A stretch of 64,000 nt of DNA from Spirochaetia bacterium (GTDB taxonomy: Bacteria > Spirochaetota > Spirochaetia > DSM-2461). Made by a program: the position numbers and the translations under genes. Positions within the stretch are counted from its first letter, which is position 1, and each line of letters opens with the position of its first letter. The stretch spans positions 3,424,001-3,488,000 of the forward strand of contig OY764216.1 in assembly GCA_963668315.1 (NCBI GenBank), read 5' to 3'. Positions 10,932 to 20,504 of the stretch are shown piece after piece. The notes beneath the pieces were generated by a model that was not told the DNA's origin, made no database searches, and saw only the letters and a list, made by a program, of their open reading frames with translations.

Positions 10932-11567
10932 ATGAAAAAGATAAGTATTTTGTTATTGTTATGTCTTGGTTCCGTAGTTTTTTCGGAGGATGTTGTTCTA
11001 GAATATTATTTAGATGATGGAACTATTCAATATCGAACTGTTGACTCTAGTATTGAAGAGTTAAGAATCAATAAGGGGAAAACAACAAAAGTTCTTGGGC
11101 TTGAAAAGTTGATAAATTTAAAAACTCTTGTCATCGATCGAGCATATCGTATGAGTGACTACTCATTTATAGAAGAAGCTAAAAATCTCGAAGTATTAGT
11201 GCTTCGTTTTATGGAAATAGATAATTATGATTTTATTAGCCCTTTACATGAATTGAAAGCTTTAATAATCCAGTCTTCACAAATTAAAAACTATAAACTT
11301 AATCTATCAAATAATAGAGAATTGTCTTATTTAGAGATTACAAATTCTAAATTACAAAAAATGGTGGAGATTGAAAACTTCCCTTGTCATTTAGGTAAGA
11401 TAAACTTTGCATATAATTTAATATCAGATGTTACTTCCTATGAGGGACACAATTGTGATATTTTTCTTATTGGAAATCCGATTCCTGAGGAGAATTTTGA
11501 TAGTAATATCATTCTTGAAACATTTTATGATTTAATTCCAATAGAGTATCAAAGGTTTATTCAATGA
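10932..11567 (+). CDS. Exported leucine-rich-repeat protein, probable immunity for tip 2
   Basis: Signal peptide; LxxLxxLxxL repeats; lay 5 bp after tip 2 before the IS inserted. Confidence 0.7.
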   Translation: MKKISILLLLCLGSVVFSEDVVLEYYLDDGTIQYRTVDSSIEELRINKGKTTKVLGLEKLINLKTLVIDRAYRMSDYSFIEEAKNLEVLVLRFMEIDNYDFISPLHELKALIIQSSQIKNYKLNLSNNRELSYLEITNSKLQKMVEIENFPCHLGKINFAYNLISDVTSYEGHNCDIFLIGNPIPEENFDSNIILETFYDLIPIEYQRFIQ

Positions 11568-11648
11568 ACACAAAATTACCGTCCTGTTCGTGGGGCGGCT
11601 TTTTCTTTATCCCAGCCTCGGGAGTGGTGCCGGGGCTGGGGATTAACT

Positions 11649-11960
11649 TCATTCTGCTTTCCTATACTGCTCAGAAACCTGCGCATTCTCCGGGAGCAAG
11701 TCGAAGAGGTTTCTTTCCTGAATCAGGTCCCAGGGGATATCATCATGTTTATCCCAGTTTTCCTGTGCGGTAATCATCTGCAGGTTTCTGAGGCGCCAAG
11801 CCTTTGTCAGATTGGGATCATCTTCCCCGGTCAGCTGATACAAGCACAGTGGAATGATATGATCGATATGAATGATCTTCCCATCTTCAAGCCAAGCTTC
11901 GTAAGGCTTATCATCCACAAAATAGTTGTGAAAATCCTTGGCATTCCACCCTAAGACCAA
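11649..11960 (-). pseudogene. 5'-truncated HNH endonuclease-like gene
   Basis: HIDHIIP...NLQ...EN..K motif; the first 19 codons of ORF 11649-12017 lie inside the IS end. Confidence 0.6.
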
Positions 11961-13308
11961 GATAGTGTCCAGACATGTTCGCAACTTTCCTTTCAAGAAG
12001 CCATCAAAATTCCCCATCAGGCAGCCTGACCTAATTTAATTCTTTGTTCATCTATCGATTTTTCACTGATATACCGTTTTCCCGAAGCCCAGTCTTCTGA
12101 GTATTCAATCAGGTAACAACAGACTAGTCTAAGGTAGGAGTCAATACTGGGAAAGATTCCCACAACACGAGATCGTCTACGGATTTCCCGATTCAATCGT
12201 TCCAGTTGATTGGTAGAAGCAGTTTTCCGGCTGTCTATTTCTGAGAATTCATAATACTGAAGAGAGTCTTCTAATCCGTCTTCAAGACAAGTCATGGACT
12301 TCGGAAATTGTTCTTCAAATTCCTCTATAATTCGGTATGCATATTCACGGGCCGATTGGGAGTTCGGTTGATTCCAAATCTGCTTAATTCTGCCGGCAAC
12401 AGCTTCTTTATCCCTGGCAGGAAGATGGGACAGGATGTTCCTCATAAAATGGATTTTACAGCGTTGCCAGGAGCAACCGATGAGTTCCTTTCTTATGGCG
12501 GCTTGAAGTCCCAGATGGGCATCAGAGACACAGAGCCAGGCATTTTTAAATCCTCTTGCTTTAAGAGACCTGAACAGTTCGGTATAAGTGCTTTCTGATT
12601 CTTCCTGCATTGGTTCAACAGCAAGGATTTCTTTGAATCCTTGTGAATTAACACCAGATACAACCATCACAGCCATATTTCTCACTCTTCCGTTATACCG
12701 GATCTTTTCATAGAGGGCATCAACCCAGATGACAGGATATTCTGAATCAAGAGATCGATAGCGGAATTCATCTACCTGTTCATCAAGTCCCTTATTGATT
12801 TCAGAGACCTGGCTGGCTGAAATATTTTCAATGCCCAGACTCATAGCCAATTTCTCAATCTTTCTGGTTGAAACACCGTTGATAAATGCTTCCTGGACAA
12901 CCTGAATCAGAGCTTGCTCGGATCTCTTCTTTTCTGTTACAAAGAAGGGAATATATCCGCCTTTTCTGAGCTTGGGGACAAGGAGATACAGTGTTCCAAG
13001 ACGAGTATCAAATCGGCGTGGTCGATATCCAGAAAAATGGGTGGATCTTCCCGTAGAATGAGACCCCTTTTGAGCTCCTACTTTATTCGCCGCTTCTATT
13101 TCCATAAGCTTTTCCAGTAGCCATTTCAATAAGCTGAAAATGGGATCCGGTTCCGAAATGAATTGGAGTAGCATTTTTTCCAGATTACCATTATCATTTT
13201 CCTTAGCCATCGTTTTCTTCCTCCATGGTTTTAGTTGTGCATTACCATTCTGGAGAATTCGATGGCTTCTTTCAATAATTAAAATTGCGAACTTGATTGT
13301 ACGCTATC
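11961..13308 (-). mobile_element. Second type of IS256-family element; flanks do not form a TSD
   Basis: IRs GATAGTGTCCAGACATGTTCGCAA and (rc) GATAGCGTACAATCAAGTTCGCAA; flanks AAGACCAA vs TAGGAAAT. Confidence 0.85.
12017..13210 (-). CDS. IS256-family transposase
   Basis: GVSTRK, VDALY, SDAH, QRCKIH and STNQLERLN motifs. Confidence 0.95.
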   Translation of the reverse strand: MAKENDNGNLEKMLLQFISEPDPIFSLLKWLLEKLMEIEAANKVGAQKGSHSTGRSTHFSGYRPRRFDTRLGTLYLLVPKLRKGGYIPFFVTEKKRSEQALIQVVQEAFINGVSTRKIEKLAMSLGIENISASQVSEINKGLDEQVDEFRYRSLDSEYPVIWVDALYEKIRYNGRVRNMAVMVVSGVNSQGFKEILAVEPMQEESESTYTELFRSLKARGFKNAWLCVSDAHLGLQAAIRKELIGCSWQRCKIHFMRNILSHLPARDKEAVAGRIKQIWNQPNSQSAREYAYRIIEEFEEQFPKSMTCLEDGLEDSLQYYEFSEIDSRKTASTNQLERLNREIRRRSRVVGIFPSIDSYLRLVCCYLIEYSEDWASGKRYISEKSIDEQRIKLGQAA

Positions 13309-13541
13309 TAGGAAATTCGTCTGATATTTCCGAGGCTGATCTTATAGAGGTGCAATTTTGCACCTCTGGTTATCCGGGAAGTAATTCATTGATGAGACGG
13401 AGGATACCCAAATCAGAGAAGTCATAGAGTGATCTATTAGAAATTACATTATGAAATCTCAGTGAGAGGGTGACTTTAACGTTTTGATGTAATATAATGA
13501 ATTAATTCATACCTGCCATACGCTTATGGAGTATGGTGGTT

Positions 13542-13572
13542 AAGCCCGGGATTATTATTCCGGGCTTTTTTT
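13542..13572 (+). terminator. Rho-independent terminator
   Basis: AAGCCCGGGAT/ATTCCGGGCTT stem followed by a T-run. Confidence 0.7.
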
Positions 13573-13682
13573 ATTCATAGAAAAAATGGTAGTTGAAAAA
13601 TAACTTTCTCCCTAAGTTGATGACAGGATGATATTCTTATCATTTGGAATCCTATGAGGTCTTTGTAACCCGGGTACTGTGA

Positions 13683-13772
13683 ATCAGCAAAGGCTGGTTT
13701 AGAAACTGGGATAATCTGATTACGCTATTCGATAACCCTGACGAAATCAGGAAGATCATCTATACAGTCTAA
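13683..13772 (+). pseudogene. IS256 transposase remnant
   Basis: Translates ISKGWFRNWDNLITLFDNPDEIRKIIYT, typical of an IS256 C-terminal segment. Confidence 0.6.
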
Positions 13773-13805
13773 ATCAAAAACACGTGCTTGCATATGCTGA
13801 TTTCT

Positions 13806-13902
13806 ATACAACGTCGATTTCTGCGGTTTGCCGTAATAGGCGGATTTCTTGTGAAAACAAGAAATGTGACATAGGCAAATCCGTAGCAAATCCTTGTTGT
13901 AT
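13806..13902 (-). repeat. attC-like site of a different sequence type
   Basis: ATACAAC...GTTGTAT ends with an imperfect internal palindrome. Confidence 0.7.
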
Positions 13903-13959
13903 AGAATCTATTATAGCGTAATTGTTGTTCTTTTTTTTTAAATAATTCTTTTTGATTTA

Positions 13960-14007
13960 AATTTGGCGAAGCCCGGAGCGTAGTGGAGCATATAAACGCT
14001 GTTAGCT
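13960..14007 (-). repeat. Partial attC, R'' half only
   Basis: Minus-strand AGCTAAC matches the cassette-opening GTTAGCA at 16245-16239; other half not found. Confidence 0.55.
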
Positions 14008-14151
14008 GAAGTTTTGTTTTCGGATTTTCTGATAGAAGATAATACTATACAGGGATGTATAGTATTTCCTCATTTTTTTATTGTTTTTGTAATATATCCA
14101 GACTATGATGAGTTATTCCTTGCATATCTTCTCGTTCACACGTGAAAAAAT

Positions 14152-15451
14152 GATAGAGCAACCCCTTTGTCTGTAAAATCAAAAAAGTTAATCAGTCTCC
14201 ATATTTAAATACCGCTTACCTGTGAACCATTGTTCATCTATTTCCATTAACAGAGCGGAAACCAATCTATCGACAGATTCCTTATTTGGAAATATCATAG
14301 CCACCTTCGTTCTTCTTTTAATTTCCCTCATCTGACGTTCTGCCAGATTTGAAGTCCTTAACCTTCTCCAATGTGACTTTGGCATTTTAAAGATCGTGAG
14401 CGCTTCAGGAACATTCTGATCCATCCAACTGCTTAGTTCTGGCGCAGTTTTCTCATACTTCTTCACCGCCATAGAAAGAAAACGGTTAGCCTCCTCTCCA
14501 TTGGGAGCGTTAAAAATGGTTCTTATATCCTCCGCGACCTCTTTATCCATACTTTTCTTTGGCACATGATGTCCCGCATTCTGTTGCAGATGGAACTGGC
14601 ACCGCTGCCAGGGAACTGTTGGAAAAACCGATTCTATTGCTGATCTCAGGCCGCTATGAGCATCGGAAGTTATCATCTTCACGCCATGGAGCCCCCGATC
14701 TACCAGACCGGAAAGAAAACCTCTCCAGTGTACATCGGCCTCACTGAGTTCTGTAGAAATACCCAATACTCGTCTCATCCCATTATTATCAACACCATAG
14801 GCAATTAGAACGGCTGCAGAAACAACAGTTCTATTCACTCGAGCCTTCTCATAAGTGGCGTCAACGACAAGATAAGGAAAAGCTCCCAGAGGACGATTAC
14901 GCCATTTGGTGATCTCTTCATCAAGGAGAGCTGCCGCTTCTGAAACCTGCGATTGGGAAACTTCGAAGCCGCAGAGCTGTTCTACTATTTTGGTCACTCT
15001 GCGAGTTGATACGCCTTGGATGTACATCTGAGCTATGGCCATTTTCAGGGCTCTTTCGCTGCGGCACCCCTTTTCAATGCTGCCAGGATAGAATTCCATC
15101 CCACGGACCTGTGGGATCTCGATGGGAATTTCGCCGACTCGAGTCCGGATCTTTCTGCTCTTGTACCCATTCCTATGCCCAATACGATCATCGTTCCGTT
15201 CATAATGACTGGCTTGAATTGCCTTCTCCTGCTCTAACCGCATAGATAAATTCATTATTGAACTTATGACTTTTGTTAATCCTTCTCTATTCTCTGCCTG
15301 GAGGTCTTCAATCATTTGATCGAAAACGCTATAGTAATCCTCGTTAGTCATGATGCCTTCTTTTGTTTTTCGTCGAACTAATCGAAGACTGATTGGCTAA
15401 CTTTTTCAAGCCCCCTTTATTTCTAATTTACAGACACTATTGTACACTATC
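14152..15451 (-). mobile_element. IS256-family element, copy B (diverged isoform of copy A), 8-bp TSD GAAAAAAT
   Basis: Same IRs as copy A; TSD at 14144-14151 and 15452-15459. Confidence 0.92.
14188..15351 (-). CDS. IS256-family transposase
   Basis: Closely similar to 9731-10894. Confidence 0.95.
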   Translation of the reverse strand: MTNEDYYSVFDQMIEDLQAENREGLTKVISSIMNLSMRLEQEKAIQASHYERNDDRIGHRNGYKSRKIRTRVGEIPIEIPQVRGMEFYPGSIEKGCRSERALKMAIAQMYIQGVSTRRVTKIVEQLCGFEVSQSQVSEAAALLDEEITKWRNRPLGAFPYLVVDATYEKARVNRTVVSAAVLIAYGVDNNGMRRVLGISTELSEADVHWRGFLSGLVDRGLHGVKMITSDAHSGLRSAIESVFPTVPWQRCQFHLQQNAGHHVPKKSMDKEVAEDIRTIFNAPNGEEANRFLSMAVKKYEKTAPELSSWMDQNVPEALTIFKMPKSHWRRLRTSNLAERQMREIKRRTKVAMIFPNKESVDRLVSALLMEIDEQWFTGKRYLNMETD

Positions 15452-16238
15452 GAAAAAATGGTATTTCATATAAATCTCAAATTCTTTGTCACTCATATTA
15501 TTCACGGTTTCTCTAAGATGATTTGTAAAACCATCTGTAGCTACATAGTTTAATCTTTTTACATTAAATTTGTTATTTAGGCTGTCTATATCTTCCTTTC
15601 TATGAAGTTCAAATAGATCTATCGGTTCTGACCGGGGCTTAAATTCCTCCGTATCTACCATCTCTTTTTCAATAAGATCCACAATATTTTTCTTTACAAA
15701 CCCATAATTTAAAATAGTTGCATCCGACATACAGTATGCTATTAGAATATAGCCTTTTGGTTTTGTTACCCTTATTGCTTCTGAAAGAGCTTTGAGTTTA
15801 TGCTCTTCTGTATAAAGATGGTACATAGGGCCAAATAACAACGTAATATCATAGAAATTATCTTCCAGAAAACTCAAATCTAGAGCGTTTCCTTTTTGCA
15901 CTGTAATATTCTTATGCTTTTCTATTTTTAATTTAAATATGTCAATATTTTTCTGTATCAGCTCTACGGCATCAACCTGATGACACTTATCAGCTAAAGC
16001 CAGGCTGTAAATACCTGTTCCAGCCCCAATATCCAAAATCTTCATATCCTGCGTAAGATATTTTTGAATATATTTCATAGTGGTTAAAAATTCGACTGAA
16101 CCATATTTTGAAAGGAGCCTTCCATCCTCATCAATATTATTATAGTATTTCTCAAGATGTTGAATTTCCATGTTACTCCTTCTTTTTTCTGACCACGGAT
16201 GGCCAGAAAACCGATAACGAAGCCGAAAACAAAAATTT

Positions 16239-16393
16239 TGCTAACGTTTCAGGCTTTTATGAAGTTACCAGGGACCCCCGCAGGGGTTGATAAAGCCTTG
16301 GGAAATTGTATCACAATTTTCCGAGGATTTGTCACTGGTAATTTGCCGAAGGCCAAGGAGCGAAGCGACGCAGCATTAAAAGCCTTGTTAGAT
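16239..16393 (-). repeat. attC site
   Basis: TGCTAAC...GTTAGAT; member of the local repeat family. Confidence 0.85.
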
Positions 16394-16456
16394 GCTGTTA
16401 TTGGCGGATAGACTGAAATGCGCGTCTAAATACATGGATGTATTTAGACGCCGGGT

Positions 16457-16839
16457 TCAAAGGAAGCGAAGTCCATACTGAATCGTATCCTGAATCATAA
16501 ATACCGTATTTATTGCATACATTCCAATGATGAATATTCCAACAAAGTACTTTAACCATTTTTTACTTGCATCGCTACAAGATTGATAGAATTTAATAGC
16601 TTGATAGGATGGATAAATCAAAACAATGTAAACGATGATGAATATGATCATTTTTTCTTTTTCCAATAGAAAATAATTACAAATATAAGACCTGAAAAAA
16701 AACTGTATAACCAAATATAAAAAGAAAATTTTAAGGCTTCATTTTTTGATAGTTGGGAAATAAATCGTAATAAAAAATAAGGAAATATAAAACAAAAAAT
16801 GTTTATGATTACTAATTTAAGTATTGATAGAAATTTCAT
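16457..16839 (-). CDS. Cassette membrane protein, either frameshifted or two ATGA-coupled ORFs
   Basis: Hydrophobic ORFs 16648-16839 and ~16457-16651 meet at an A-run. Confidence 0.5.
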
Positions 16840-17126
16840 GTTCTTTTATCTCCAAATAAGTAGTATTCGTCTTGTGAGCCATGGATGGCGAGCCCTTTTT
16901 ATCTATAAATTGCCAATAATTGCATCTAACGTTTCGCAAATATACGAAGTTGCCTGGTACCCCGCAGGGGTTGATAAATACAGGCAAAAGTATACCATAC
17001 TTTTCTCGGAGTTTTTCAAAGAAGCAATTTGGGTGAAGCGAAGCGGAACCAGCTATTCGCTGATAATCATAAGGACCCCTAGTGGTTATGTTAAAATTTC
17101 CAACAACCTTAACCAAAGGAGCCCTT

Positions 17127-18173
17127 ATGAAATTTTATACCCAACAACACAACTTTTACTGCGGAATCGATCTCCACACGAAAAAGATGTATATCTGCAT
17201 TATGAACCAGGATGGCGAAATCGTCTATCATAAAAACATGATCGCTGATCCGGTTCACCTTCAACAAGCGATCGCCCCCTTTCTTAATGATATCGTCATC
17301 TGTGTCGAGTGTATTTTCACATGGTACTGGATTGCCGATTACTGCCAGCTAAACAGTATTCCCTTTGTCCTTGGCCACGCCCTCTACATGAAGGCTATAA
17401 GCGGAGGAAAAACCAAGAACGATAAAATCGATTCCCAGAAGATAGCGGCATTGCTAAAAGGTGGCCTGATCCCTCAAGCCTATGTCTACCCACAGAAAAC
17501 CAGAGCTATTCGAGACCTCTTCAGACGGCGAATATATCTTGTTCGCAGGAGATCAGATCTTCTTTCTCATATCCAGAATACCAATACCCAATACAATTTC
17601 GATACCATAAAGAAGGGGATCAATTCTCTTACGATTGCTTCGAAGACTGAATTACTCGAACGGTTTGATGATCCGGCGGTCAAAATGAATATGGAAGTCG
17701 ACATAGCCGTCGTTGATGCGTTAACCGAACAGATCCGGAAGATAGAATCTCGTGTTTTGAAGGCAGCAAATCATTCTGATCCTCTAGCATTTTCTTTGTT
17801 GAAATCTATTCCCGGGATAGGTGATGTGCTTGCCCTGACTATTCTCTATGAAATTGAAGACATTAACCGTTTTCCTCGTGTACAGAACTTCGTTTCCTAT
17901 TGCCGCGTAGTCAAGTGTCAGAGGGAATCGGGAGGAAAGCAGTATGCATCCAAAAATACCAAAATCGGCAATGCTAATCTCAAGTGGGCTTTCTCCGAAG
18001 CGGCCGTCATGTTCATCCGCTATTGCCCGGAGATAAAATCATATCATCAGAGATTAGTGCAAAAGTTTGGAAACGGGAAAGCCTATTCCATCATGGCCCA
18101 TAAATTAGCCAGAGCTGTATATTATGTTCTCAAAAGGAGGAAAGCCTTTGATATAGACCGTTTTTGTTCATAA
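17127..18173 (+). CDS. IS110-family DEDD transposase/recombinase
   Basis: GIDLH, VEC, KNDKID, SIPGIG and ESGG motifs; AAGGAG before ATG 17127. Confidence 0.93.
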   Translation: MKFYTQQHNFYCGIDLHTKKMYICIMNQDGEIVYHKNMIADPVHLQQAIAPFLNDIVICVECIFTWYWIADYCQLNSIPFVLGHALYMKAISGGKTKNDKIDSQKIAALLKGGLIPQAYVYPQKTRAIRDLFRRRIYLVRRRSDLLSHIQNTNTQYNFDTIKKGINSLTIASKTELLERFDDPAVKMNMEVDIAVVDALTEQIRKIESRVLKAANHSDPLAFSLLKSIPGIGDVLALTILYEIEDINRFPRVQNFVSYCRVVKCQRESGGKQYASKNTKIGNANLKWAFSEAAVMFIRYCPEIKSYHQRLVQKFGNGKAYSIMAHKLARAVYYVLKRRKAFDIDRFCS

Positions 18174-18600
18174 CAGGTGGAGCAGATAAGCCTAACGTAT
18201 AACTATAATCATAAAAAGATAATGACCGTAAATACGGCTTTTTATAGCATGACTATCATTCGTATTTATCATTTGAAAGAAGAATTATGCGTTCGCTGAT
18301 TGGATATCTGCTTCGACCTGTTTTAAATAACCAGGATTGAGAAAGTCTGGAAGAATTCTGCACCAGCCTGATCACGAAAATAACTGGATTCCCCAAGAAA
18401 TCCGTTTTCATTGATTATGACAGGATTGGGTACGGATGTATTTCTATAATGCCGTAAAATTACGGAGTTAAAGTGTCTATGTGTGTTTGGAGCAGATCTT
18501 TTCTGCAGCCCGTTTGAGAAACAAGACAGAATGCTTCATTCTTTATCGGTCCGGTTCATCTTCATATAAAAATGTTCTACCTAGATAGAACAGGGGAAAA
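18174..18600 (+). ncRNA. Candidate bridge/seek RNA region
   Basis: ORF-free end of an IS1111-like element, where this family encodes its guide RNA; boundaries approximate. Confidence 0.55.
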
Positions 18601-18602
18601 TT

Positions 18603-18658
18603 TGTCCTTGACAGATGGGGTCCTAATATGTGTCCTTGACAGATGGGGTCCTAATATG
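18603..18658. repeat. Perfect 28-bp tandem duplication of the IS right end
   Basis: TGTCCTTGACAGATGGGGTCCTAATATG occurs twice. Confidence 0.95.
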
Positions 18659-18701
18659 TGTTATATGCAGTTTGAAAAAAGGAGTGGTTTCGGAAAATGC
18701 A

Positions 18702-19058
18702 TCAAGGCCAATCTAATTGACTTTCTGGAATACCAATAGACTTACCGTAATTAACCGCATTTTGTTTTTGAAGAATATCTCCCGTTTGATAATCAAATAC
18801 CTTTTGGGGAAAAATGATTATAGTGTTTGTTTGATCCCGAACATCAACGTACCAGAAATCTTTTAAATTAGCCTGTATTTCAGAAATTATTTCTAGAAAA
18901 GAATCTTTGGGATTATCAAAAGAAATAGCAGTCCAGATTGCAGGCTGTTGAGGATCATTATTTCCAACATTCCAAGTTTCTTTTTTTTTAATATTTAATT
19001 TACTTACAAGAGAATCCGATTTCAGACTTTCAAGAATAATAGTGCCCTTGTATGTCAT
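18702..19058 (-). CDS. Cassette gene, hypothetical protein
   Basis: ORF with AGGAGG RBS between matched core sites (GTTATATGC). Confidence 0.75.
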   Translation of the reverse strand: MTYKGTIILESLKSDSLVSKLNIKKKETWNVGNNDPQQPAIWTAISFDNPKDSFLEIISEIQANLKDFWYVDVRDQTNTIIIFPQKVFDYQTGDILQKQNAVNYGKSIGIPESQLDWP

Positions 19059-19082
19059 ACAATCCTCCTTTTTTCAAATTGC

Positions 19083-19233
19083 ATATAACGTTTCAGAAAT
19101 ATACGAAGTTGCCTGGTACCCCATAAGGGTTGATAAATACCTGTTCAATTATATCATAATTGAGCGGGTATTTGTCAAAGGCAATTTGCCGAAGGCCAAG
19201 GGCGAAGCCCGCTGTGTATATTTCTTGTTAGAA
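19083..19233 (-). repeat. attC site
   Basis: ATATAAC...GTTAGAA. Confidence 0.85.
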
Positions 19234-19295
19234 GCTTTTTTAGATGGAGTGAGAAGATGTTTTTCAAATACATGGAAGTATTTGAAAATATTTGC

Positions 19296-19565
19296 CTATT
19301 TGCCCCAGAACTTATCATTCATGAAAACAATAAACTTTTCAATTTTTCTGTTTATTCGCCTAGTCTTAAGAATATTATTTACAGTGTTATTAAGAGCTCC
19401 TGCTGATATCGCAAAAAGGACAATAATTACACTTGCTGGAGTACGATCAATATCCAAAATGAAAATGATAGTAACTAGTAGTAGGCAAACTGGTATTGAA
19501 AGCATAGCTGTTATTATTCGGGATCGCCTTATATATTCACGATTATCTGAATTATTCATTTCCAT
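19296..19565 (-). CDS. Cassette gene, small two-TM membrane protein
   Basis: ORF between attC sites. Confidence 0.7.
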   Translation of the reverse strand: MEMNNSDNREYIRRSRIITAMLSIPVCLLLVTIIFILDIDRTPASVIIVLFAISAGALNNTVNNILKTRRINRKIEKFIVFMNDKFWGK

Positions 19566-19636
19566 TCCTTATATGCTTAAAAAAACGAGCCATGGATGGC
19601 GAGTCCGTACTCATATAATTGTTTATCTAAAATTGC

Positions 19637-19780
19637 TTCTAACGTTTCGCAAATATGCGAAGTCGCCTGGTACCCCGAAGGGGTTGATAAATACAGGGAA
19701 AAGTATATCATACTTTTTTCTGGATTTGTCAAAGGCAATTTGGGTGAAGCGAAGCGTAACCGCATCATTTGCTGTTATAT
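19637..19780 (-). repeat. attC site
   Basis: TTCTAAC...GTTATAT. Confidence 0.85.
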
Positions 19781-19833
19781 AAAGTACCAGATCCTCACCG
19801 TGAAGAGTTTTAATAAATACATGGATGTATTGA

Positions 19834-20256
19834 TTAAACATAATTCTGAAAAACGATGATATATACATTTATTACAAAATAGATAATTCCAGCGAGCATT
19901 AAAATCGATGCAACATGGGTGCTTTTAATGAATTTACTGGGAAATGACCAACTGCGAAGTTTAACAATAAGTTCTTTATACATTGCGATAAAAAATCCCA
20001 AAAATGCTGGTCCATAAATTGCGATTGTACGACCTGTCACGGTTTTACCGTAAGTGGATGTTGTTGCTTCAATTAACCCTCCAAGAGCGAATAGGACAAG
20101 AACATAATATCTTCCTTTCTTCAATTGATTTGTAAAAGTTGTCTTGAACTGCTCATCTAACTCATAATAACTCTTTCGAATAAGAAAAATGCTAATAAAT
20201 ATTTGTAAAATAAGAACTGATGTAGCAAATAACATTTCAATAACCCTATGAGCCAT
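19834..20256 (-). CDS. Cassette gene, multi-TM membrane protein
   Basis: Hydrophobic ORF between attC sites. Confidence 0.7.
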   Translation of the reverse strand: MAHRVIEMLFATSVLILQIFISIFLIRKSYYELDEQFKTTFTNQLKKGRYYVLVLFALGGLIEATTSTYGKTVTGRTIAIYGPAFLGFFIAMYKELIVKLRSWSFPSKFIKSTHVASILMLAGIIYFVINVYIIVFQNYV

Positions 20257-20302
20257 GGATGGCGATCTTATACGGATTCAATTTTCTTTGATCTGGTATT
20301 TT

Positions 20303-20446
20303 ATATAACGTTTCGCAAATATGCGAAGTTGCCTGGTACCCCGAAGGGGTTGATAAATGGCTGTTCAATTATATCATAATTGAACGGGTATTTGTCAAAG
20401 GCAATTTGGGTGTAGCGAAGCGGAACCGCATCATTTGCTGTTATAA
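20303..20446 (-). repeat. attC site
   Basis: ATATAAC...GTTATAA. Confidence 0.85.
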
Positions 20447-20504
20447 ACAGTAAAGCAAGCGGGTCTCCATCCCCAAAATTTCTTGTACACGGATGTATAA
20501 GAAA

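Larger units (their letters stand above)
14078..16171 (-). pseudogene. Cassette gene: class I SAM-dependent methyltransferase, interrupted near its 3' end by IS256 copy B
   Basis: ILDIGAGTG motif; reading across the TSD continues ..HFFTCEREDMQGITHHSLDILQKQ* to 14078. Confidence 0.85.
17063..18658 (+). mobile_element. IS110-family element, IS1111-like, inserted in attC
   Basis: TG on both flanks; subterminal IRs AGGACCCC/GGGGTCCT; long 3' non-coding region. Confidence 0.85.
16924..18666 (-). repeat. attC site split by an IS110-family insertion (16924-17062 and 18659-18666)
   Basis: ATCTAAC start; the terminal GTTATAT resumes at 18660. Confidence 0.85.

Noticed and set aside
19042..19859. Plus-strand ORFs containing EVAWYP-like text (also 16199-16411 and 16799-17233)
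   Set aside because: They are read-throughs of attC repeats antisense to real cassette genes
16239..20446. Repeats read as a CRISPR array
   Set aside because: Units are ~150 bp and separated by whole genes; no cas genes; attC core logic fits
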